Source: Eledone cirrhosa
Lineage: Eukaryota
Direction: 5' to 3'
Length of the DNA: 64,000 bases
Assembly: GCA_964016885.1 (NCBI GenBank)
Contig: OZ024745.1
Location: forward strand, 15,996,001 to 16,060,000
This document shows, piece after piece, positions 55,766 through 64,000 of the stretch. The number at the start of each line of letters is the position of its first letter. Position 1 is the stretch's first letter. A program made the translations under genes and the position numbers. The notes under the pieces were generated by a model. It worked only from the letters and a program-made list of their open reading frames with translations, made no database searches and was not told the DNA's origin.

Positions 55766-56839
55766 ATAAAAATCTTTTGGGTTAGAAGTACTAAATATTC
55801 AGATATACTGACAAATAATATATTTTGAAATTAAGTTTCAGTGCAGATATTTTTGAAACATTTGTATATTTTCTCATGATATTTTAACATAGGTATGCTT
55901 TAATGATTTTTTTTTTTTACCCTAGAGCTCCACAGAATTATAAAATTTATCTTTCTATTTCATTTTTTTTTCTCTCTTTCATATCCTCTCGGCGGACAGC
56001 AAAGTGTGTCCGCTTCGGGCGAAGCCAAATTGGAGAATGGTAGACTGGTCAATTATTGGTGACATCTCAGTTTTAGCTGCCACGTTGAGTTGTTGGTGAC
56101 AGCAAAAATATTGTTTATGCTTAGACAGCTTTCCTTTTGTCAAATAAGCAGTTTAAAGAAACATTTTTTGGTTTGAAGCTCTAGATAGTTAAATAAACTG
56201 ACAAACATTTTGAAATTCAATTTCAGCGCAGATATTTCTTTTTTATTTTCTCATATTTCGACATGACTACTTTACGAATAATTTTTTTTCTAGAACACCA
56301 GAGAATTATAAATGTTACTCATCTAGTTATTTAATCTTTTTTCTTCTTCACATCACAGAATACGATTGCTTCAAGCGAAGTCAACCTGGGAAGAAGAAGT
56401 CTGGTCAATTACTAGTAACGCTATGGTATTAACTTTCGTATGGTGTTGTTGCATGAGAAAATATATATAAAAAAGCAGGCATATTTTGTAGCCTACTGAG
56501 AGCACGTGAAAAAGAAAAATAGTGAGATGTGTAGCATTTAAATATTGATAATTCCCTGACGAAGAAAAAAGAATAACTTGTGGAAATATTATGAAAACTT
56601 TTAAAATAAAACAAAAACTGTCTGAATTTCACAATATTTTATTTGTTATGAATGTTATCTGAATGTTGAGTGCTTCAAATCAGAAAATCTCTGTTAAAAT
56701 TACTTACTTGCGACAAAGAAATTTCTTGCTATGACTATGTAATAGTGTTTGTAGTTACCAACAATTGAATAGACCACCTCTTCCCAGAATGAGTTTGCTC
56801 GAAGCAGTCGCATTTTGCCCTGCCAATTACCCAGTACTT

Positions 56840-57010
56840 TTGACACAAGGCCAGCAATTACCCAGTACTGGTATTTTATTTTATCGACCCCGTAAGGATG
56901 AAAGGCAAAGTTAACCTCGGCGGGATTTGAACTCAGAATGGAAAGGGCCGTAACTCTATGCGTCAAAGCATGGCGTCCGACTCTCTACCGATACTACCAA
57001 TCCACCGCTC
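56840..57010 (-). mobile_element. tRNA-derived SINE
   Basis: Match to the window SINE consensus. Confidence 0.85.
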
Positions 57011-57979
57011 TTAGACAAATAATGTTAAGCTTTTGGTAAGATGATCGAACAAGGAAGTCACTTTCTCAACAGGCTTTTAGTTCAGTGCCAAGCCGTTATC
57101 AAAACCCACGTGGGGCTCGACAAGGGGTCAACCCTTAGTTTTGGCGGATGAATTCAGTATGTGTGTTATTGCAAAATTGCAATATATATATATATATATA
57201 TATATAGCGCACCAACGAATTAAAATAAATTGCCCTAAGAATATATGAAATAAACCAACAAATGTAAGACTAACCTGTTTCTGTTTTTATCGAATTTAAA
57301 TTATTTGGCAACCGAGAGTACTCACATCAAAGTGAAGGAAGTGGCCGCTGGCCCGCAAGCACGGAAGGGGCTACTTTACGATATTTTTATGTTTTTACAA
57401 TACTATATTGGATAATGTTTACAAATCACAAAGCTTTGAAGTTTAAAACACTCGCGTTATCTCAGGAGTTCGGCCGAAGTAAAAATAATTGAAACAGTTA
57501 ATGAATCTTTCTCATATTACTTGAAACAGTGGACACGCGGTTTTCTTTTCATCCAGAAGGGAACATCGTTCCCATAGCTTGACGTTATTTTGTGTTAAAA
57601 AAATCAATGAGATAGATTGTAAAGGTGCTATAAAGTAAAGGTGGTTGCATTTAAAGGGATTAGACAGGTAATAAAATGGACACCTGCCTATATAATAGTA
57701 GCACTAGAGAGGTTCTACATATATAATATGAATAGAAAGGTCATCTGTCAAAGGTCATATCTATGTGTATATATTATATACAGAACAGTCATCTGTATAT
57801 ATATTATAGAGAGGTCAGCAGTGAATATATTATTGTAAATAGAGGTCATTTATGATCAAAGAAATATTGCTATTACAGAGATCTGTGTATAATAGTGGTA
57901 TGAGAAATATTACCTGTGTATACAGGTATACAGAGGTCACCTGTTATGGCATTTATTAAACAACCTAATCAACATTAAA

Positions 57980-58497
57980 TCGACTGATAAAATAAAGAAC
58001 CAGTCACGCACTGGGGTCGATTTAATTGACTTTCCCCACCCCAACAAAAAATTGCTGACCTTGTGCCTGAAGTAGAAATAATAATTATTATTAGGGTGGT
58101 GAATTGGCAATATTGGTAGCACTGCTTTCCAGCATAGTTACGTCCCTTTACGGTCTGAGTTAAAATCTCGTCGAGGTTAATTTTGTCTTTCATCTCATGG
58201 GGTCCATAAAATAAAGTACCAGTAATACACTGGGATAATTGCTAGCCTTGTGCCAAAAGTAGAAACAATTATTAGGGTGGTGGATTGGCAGTATCCGGGG
58301 AGCGTCAGACACCATGCTTCGTGGCACGGCGTTACCACCCTTTACGCTCTGAGTTCAAATCCCGCCGAAGTTAACTTTGTCGTTCATCCTTACAGAGTCG
58401 ATAAAATAAAGTACAAGTAACACACTGGGATCGATTTAATCGACTTTTCCCCTTCCCTTCAAATTGCTGGCCTTGTGCCTAAATGTAGAAACAATTA
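57980..58497. mobile_element. SINE cluster (one minus fragment, two plus copies)
   Basis: Consensus matches at about 57980-58080, 58093-58270 and 58273-58497. Confidence 0.8.
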
Positions 58498-58837
58498 TTA
58501 TTATGAATGAAAATCCTTAAGCCTGTTATATTTTGTCCCAGTTATAATGACAGTTTCCATTAAGTCTTTAATGACTGAACCCTTGAAATGAATGGGTATC
58601 ACGTGATTTATCAACGGACTGATTCTGAAGAGTTCAATTAATTGAAGCCCCTATGAACTCCCTTAGCTCAATTAATCTCTTCCTGACTGGATGTTAATCG
58701 CATCCATTTGTGTAATTTTATGAGAATGAAAGGTGCCATTTTGTTTTTGCTAGTAGAAAAGCACCTTGTGATTAAACCTTGCAATGTATTGCAATGCGTG
58801 TGGGTTAGATAGAGATGCCTTTAATTGGTAGCACGTG

Positions 58838-58877
<40 letters not shown>

Positions 58878-58964
58878 TTTGCTTAAACTTTAATCTGTTA
58901 TTTTAATAAATATATATATATAATATATATATATATATAATATATATATATATATATAATATAT

Positions 58965-59037
<73 letters not shown>

Positions 59038-59060
59038 TAATATATATATGTTATATATAT

Positions 59061-60272
59061 TTCTCTTTCTGCTGAGGAACTGCTTCGCCATGCCGAAGCT
59101 CCTCTATACAGCACTCCATGCTACACCCAGTCATCTCTCCTCGCTGACCTCGATACTTGTATCCGAGCAGCAGCCGAGGGGATATGCAACGTCAAGTTTG
59201 ACGACATAGGGTGGAAACAGGCCACTTTACCGGTCAGATATGGCGGCCTTGGTTTCCGGTCCCCGATCTCACTAGCTTTGCCGGCGTATCTTTCGTCGGT
59301 AACCTCGTGCCGCGTCCTCGTCAGCAGGGTTATTCAAAACACAACAGAACTCTCTATGTTCAGAGAACGTGAGGACGCCTGTGAGACGTGAGACCGGCTG
59401 GGACTTAGCCCAGTAGACGTCCCTCCTCCTTCTCTCCCTGTTGACGTCAAGTCCCCCCAACGCACTTGGGATGCCATCCAGTGCAGCCTGGCCTCAGACA
59501 GTCTCACGCGCCAGCTCGACCAGCACAGCCTTGCTTGTTTTCGTGCGGCCTCCAAACCCCACAGTGGTGCTTGGCTCCATGCTCTGCCATCCTTCTCCAC
59601 TGGTACGCAGCTAGACAACCATAGCCTGCGAATCGGCGTTTCCCTGAGGCTCGGCCTCCGGATCTGCCAACCACACCAATGTCGCTGCGGTTCCACCGTG
59701 GACTCTTTCGGCCTCCACCCGCTTTCCTGTTGCCACAGTGCCGGCCGCATTCCACACCATGCTGGCCTCAATGAGGTCATTAAGCATGGCTTGGACGCTG
59801 CAGGCTTCCCTTCCCAGCTCGAGCCGGTGGGGCTGGATCGAGGGGACGGCAAAAGGCCAGATGGCATGACCATCTTCCCATTCCGCGGTGGCAAACCCCT
59901 CGTCTGGGATGCCACTTGCACCGACACTTTCTGCAACCGCAACCTGGTGCAGTCTGCGACTGACCCAGGTTCTGCTGCACGTCGGGATGAGGGGCCAAAC
60001 TCCTCAAATACCGGTCGCTCTCCGACAGGTTTGCGGTCGTACCCCTGGCAGTGGAGACTTCTGGTGTCCTCGGCCCCAGGGCTACCTCCTTACTCACCAC
60101 CATAGGCGCTGAGCTGGCCAGCCCCAGGTGTGAGCCCCGCGAGTTGGAGTGGCTTTTCCAGCGCGTCTACCTTGCCGTCCTCCAGGGAAACGCCTTCTCC
60201 ATTCTGTCCGCCGGGGCTGTGGGTGGGCCCCATCGCGTACCAATACATTAGTTAAATACCATTCTTTCATCT
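59061..60272 (+). mobile_element. CRE-like RLE non-LTR retrotransposon, longer 3' fragment
   Basis: FLLRNCFAMPKLLY, WKQATLPVRYGGLG, GAWL, zinc knuckle, KRPDG..WDATC, VETSG; near-identical to 20899-21600. Confidence 0.88.
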
Positions 60273-60439
60273 GATATCTCTCTCTCTATATATATATATG
60301 CGAAAATTAAACCGAGAACAACATACCATACCAAAACGATACAGTACAATGAAGATATATATTAGTTTAACGCATGATATAGTATGAAAAAATTAAGCAG
60401 CAATTGTGGCAGGACAAAGCCAAACATGCACATGAGGCA

Positions 60440-60640
60440 ACAAATGGATACAAAGGTAATTTTGTCTTTCATTAAAAATGCGTATCTTCCACAGTCCTCT
60501 TCAATATCAACTGTGATAACTGCTCATAGTCAATCACTCTTGACTGACATTGTTTCCATTCAGAATAGATGGTTAGAATACTTTACTGAGTTCCTTAAGA
60601 AGCCCTCTAGTGTCAACATGAACATTAGATTGATACTTGA
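60440..60640 (+). mobile_element. RTE linker-region fragment
   Basis: LTDIVSIQNRWLEYFTEFL resembles the RW.EYF motif between the EN and RT domains. Confidence 0.5.
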
Positions 60641-62399
60641 GAATGTAGTCAAGGGCATAGCCAGCATAAAACGTCCTCTAAGAATTTGTGACACGTCAAT
60701 ACATCGTAATCAATTGACTGAATGCTTATAGTGTTTCAAAAAATTAGATATTATTGGAGCTATAAATAGCCCAGAAATTGTTCATTGAATCAACATACCT
60801 CTGAATTTTTCATTCAAAATTTGAGGAATAAACCTTATGTTGCTGAACATTAAACCTGCCCCCTTATGTTGCTGAACATTAAACCTGCCCCCATCTCGTT
60901 GTCCTAGACTTTGTAGTTTCTGGGATATTTACATTTCAAATGTTAGCACATTTTTTGAAACACCCATCATCATTCTGAGCACTTGAGTGCAAAATTTAAA
61001 GCTATTGCCTAACGAGGCTGTTTTATATATACACAGTGTGGATTTTACATCGAAATTAACAGCTTTTAGTTTAGTATTTAATTAATCATCAACAATGCTT
61101 AGTTTTTCTTAATGAGTCAGCAATACTGAGTTTTTAATTAATCACAATACTTAGATTTTATTGATCATTAACAATACCGGGCTTATAATTAATCAAAAAT
61201 TCTTAGATCTTAATTAACCAACAGCGTTTAGTTTTTAATTAATCAACAATGCTTAGTTTTTATTAATCAGTCGGCAATGCTCATGACCATTTTCAGAGTC
61301 TCCGAAACTAGCTGGTGGGAGGAAGTAAGATATACTTAGTCGAGAGACTTGACACAGATGCCTGCAACAGTGTGGACTCCACTAGGTGGTGGTGTTAAAC
61401 TGATTTAGTGTATCACCAACTCTAACGCAGTGAGCTTTAAATAAAAGATGTTGGTATGAGACAATTGACGAGAGAAATTACAACATGCAAAGAGCATGTA
61501 ACGTTTTCTCTATTCTGTCTGCTGGGACCATGAGGGAACTTGCACCAGAGAACATTTTATTGTATTGTCTATGTTTGCCTCACTGCTATAGGTTGCTGAT
61601 ATCTACATTTGTCGACAGAGAGACAGACACAACTGCTGTATTTGTAGAAGTAGGAATTATTACCAGGAAAATATAGATAAATAAAAATAAAGTACTTAAT
61701 TGTGGTCTATTACAGGCAGTCACTTACCCCATCAACATCACCAACTTCAACACAAAGAGAACACAGCGCAGTGATTGGTTGAAAATTAGAATGAATACAT
61801 ATTTACTATCTGTAGATTCATTTTAACATGAAGTTTATAATTTTATGAGTTATGTTATCGTCATTACTACGTAATAAATAGATAAAACATGATTTTACAG
61901 TTGAAGTTTTAATTATAAGTGCTATAAAATAAATAATTCTGAACTAAATTTTGAAGTAAAATAATAGGCTTACTAAATTGCATCACCACCATTTCTCCAC
62001 ATGTCAGACTAAAATTTAGTTTCACTTCTCTCTTAAATCATACATGCCATAGACATTGGCCACGTATCTTGCTATTTCACTATCTACTTTTATACTTCAC
62101 CCTTTATACCATACTCCATACACGTCCTTAACTATATTCTATTTAAATACGAAAAACTGACCACCCAACAGATTACACAATGACCCAAACAAATTTACTA
62201 TGTAAACAGATAACACTCTATTTCTCGCCTTTCTTTCCTTTATTTCTTACACACATACAGCCCCCCCCCCTTATACACCAACATATGCACACACACATAC
62301 TCATATCTATATTACAATAATTCCATTATCAACGGTACGTTCTTCTTCCTCGTTAGGGTGTGCCTGTATGTATGTATGTATGAGGCAACTTCTGTCAAG

Positions 62400-62565
62400 A
62401 AAGGTACTCAATACATTGGTAGAGTATAGATATATTAATTTTATTATAGAAATGACTTATACAAGACTAGAACGGTTTCAGTCGTAAAAAATCATAAAAA
62501 AAAACTTGATGATTTATTACGAATAAAGCAGTTCCAGTCCTGTAAAAGTTATTTCTATAACAATA
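62400..62565. mobile_element. Old fold-back copy of the 15.5-kb HHR family
   Basis: TATAGAAATGACTT..GACTAGAAC mirrored by TTGATGATT..GAATAAAGCAGTTCCAGTCCTGTAAAAGTTATTTCTATA. Confidence 0.6.
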
Positions 62566-62577
62566 TATATATATATG

Positions 62578-62616
<39 letters not shown>

Positions 62617-62668
62617 TATTTTAATATATATATATATATGCACATACATATATATATATATATATATA

Positions 62669-63135
<467 letters not shown>

Positions 63136-64000
63136 CACACATATATGCACAGGGACACCACTCAGTTTAAGAGTATGCTGATAATAAAACGTTAATTATT
63201 TCCGTTTATTTAATCATTTGTGATTCAAACCATATTCGTAGAAAGAGAGAATTCCTTTTATGCTTTGACATGATGTACGTTTAAATACGAAATTTTCAAT
63301 TAGCATAATACAGCCAGGAGTCATAAAAATAAGCGTCAATTAATTTATGAGCAAGTACAATTATTTAATCTAATTTTATTATTTTATTATTCGATGTTAA
63401 AGATTATCTAAGACAAACTATTAATAACTATGTGATTATGTCATTCTATAATCTGTGGTGATAGTTAAACTAAAATTGTTGGCATAAGAGACGTCATTAA
63501 TAATTGTCCAACTGTATAATTTGAAATGGATATAAGATATAACTGCTGACATGGAATACTCAGTAACTTCTGTTTGTAGACGACACATTTCCAGAGTCAT
63601 TAAATCATCGGAGAGAATACTTTGTGGCTATTGGTCACAGTTATCTGCACCGAAAGTTCAAATCTCGCCGAAGTTAACTTCGTGTTTCATAATATTTTGC
63701 AAGAATGTTTAAAAGATGGTAAATGCTCTTCTAATTAGATTTTTTCCTTTCCGGGCCCACTTTAGGATCTTGGGATATGTAACCGTTGTGCTTCCATTGG
63801 TGACTGCAATATATTTTTCTAGCAGGCTCCTCTACCTACTTTTAGCAGGATGAGTGAATCATAATAAGCTTAATTCTATTAAAAACAGTATTTCTGTCTT
63901 TGATTTGTGCGAGATTTCTGTTAGTTGGAACCCAGATTTGTTAGCTCTCTGAGCTCAAATCCAAGCTTAACTTTGCTTTTATTAATTCAATGTCGATAGA

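Noticed and set aside
61270-61540. Third, very old CRE 3' end (MQRACNVFSILSAG)
   Set aside because: Similarity is limited to one short C-terminal motif, too weak to annotate.

Overview
AT-rich, microsatellite-dense eukaryotic genomic DNA. An Octopus-like cephalopod origin is inferred from the SINE and repeat content. No host protein-coding gene is recognisable, and nearly all ORF-track calls are microsatellite or minisatellite artefacts. The window holds decayed RLE-type LINEs (four R4/Dong-like copies in (TATG)n tracts and CRE-like copies), RTE fragments, Penelope-like element (PLE) RT and GIY-YIG remnants, many tRNA-derived SINEs, and hAT and Tc1 MITEs. The main signal is a hammerhead-ribozyme (HHR) system. 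A 10.9-kb array of apparently identical 467-bp units (18 direct, then a fold-back, then 5 inverted) lies between two (TA)n tracts, and each unit carries a minimal type I HHR, which makes it retrozyme-like. At least five other short HHR-bearing elements with unrelated sequence occur in the window. Most are fold-backs with the ribozyme sense pointing outward, and one HHR sits directly upstream of an unannotated PLE GIY-YIG reading frame. Coordinates were read by eye and may be off by a few bases; boundaries of old repeats are approximate.
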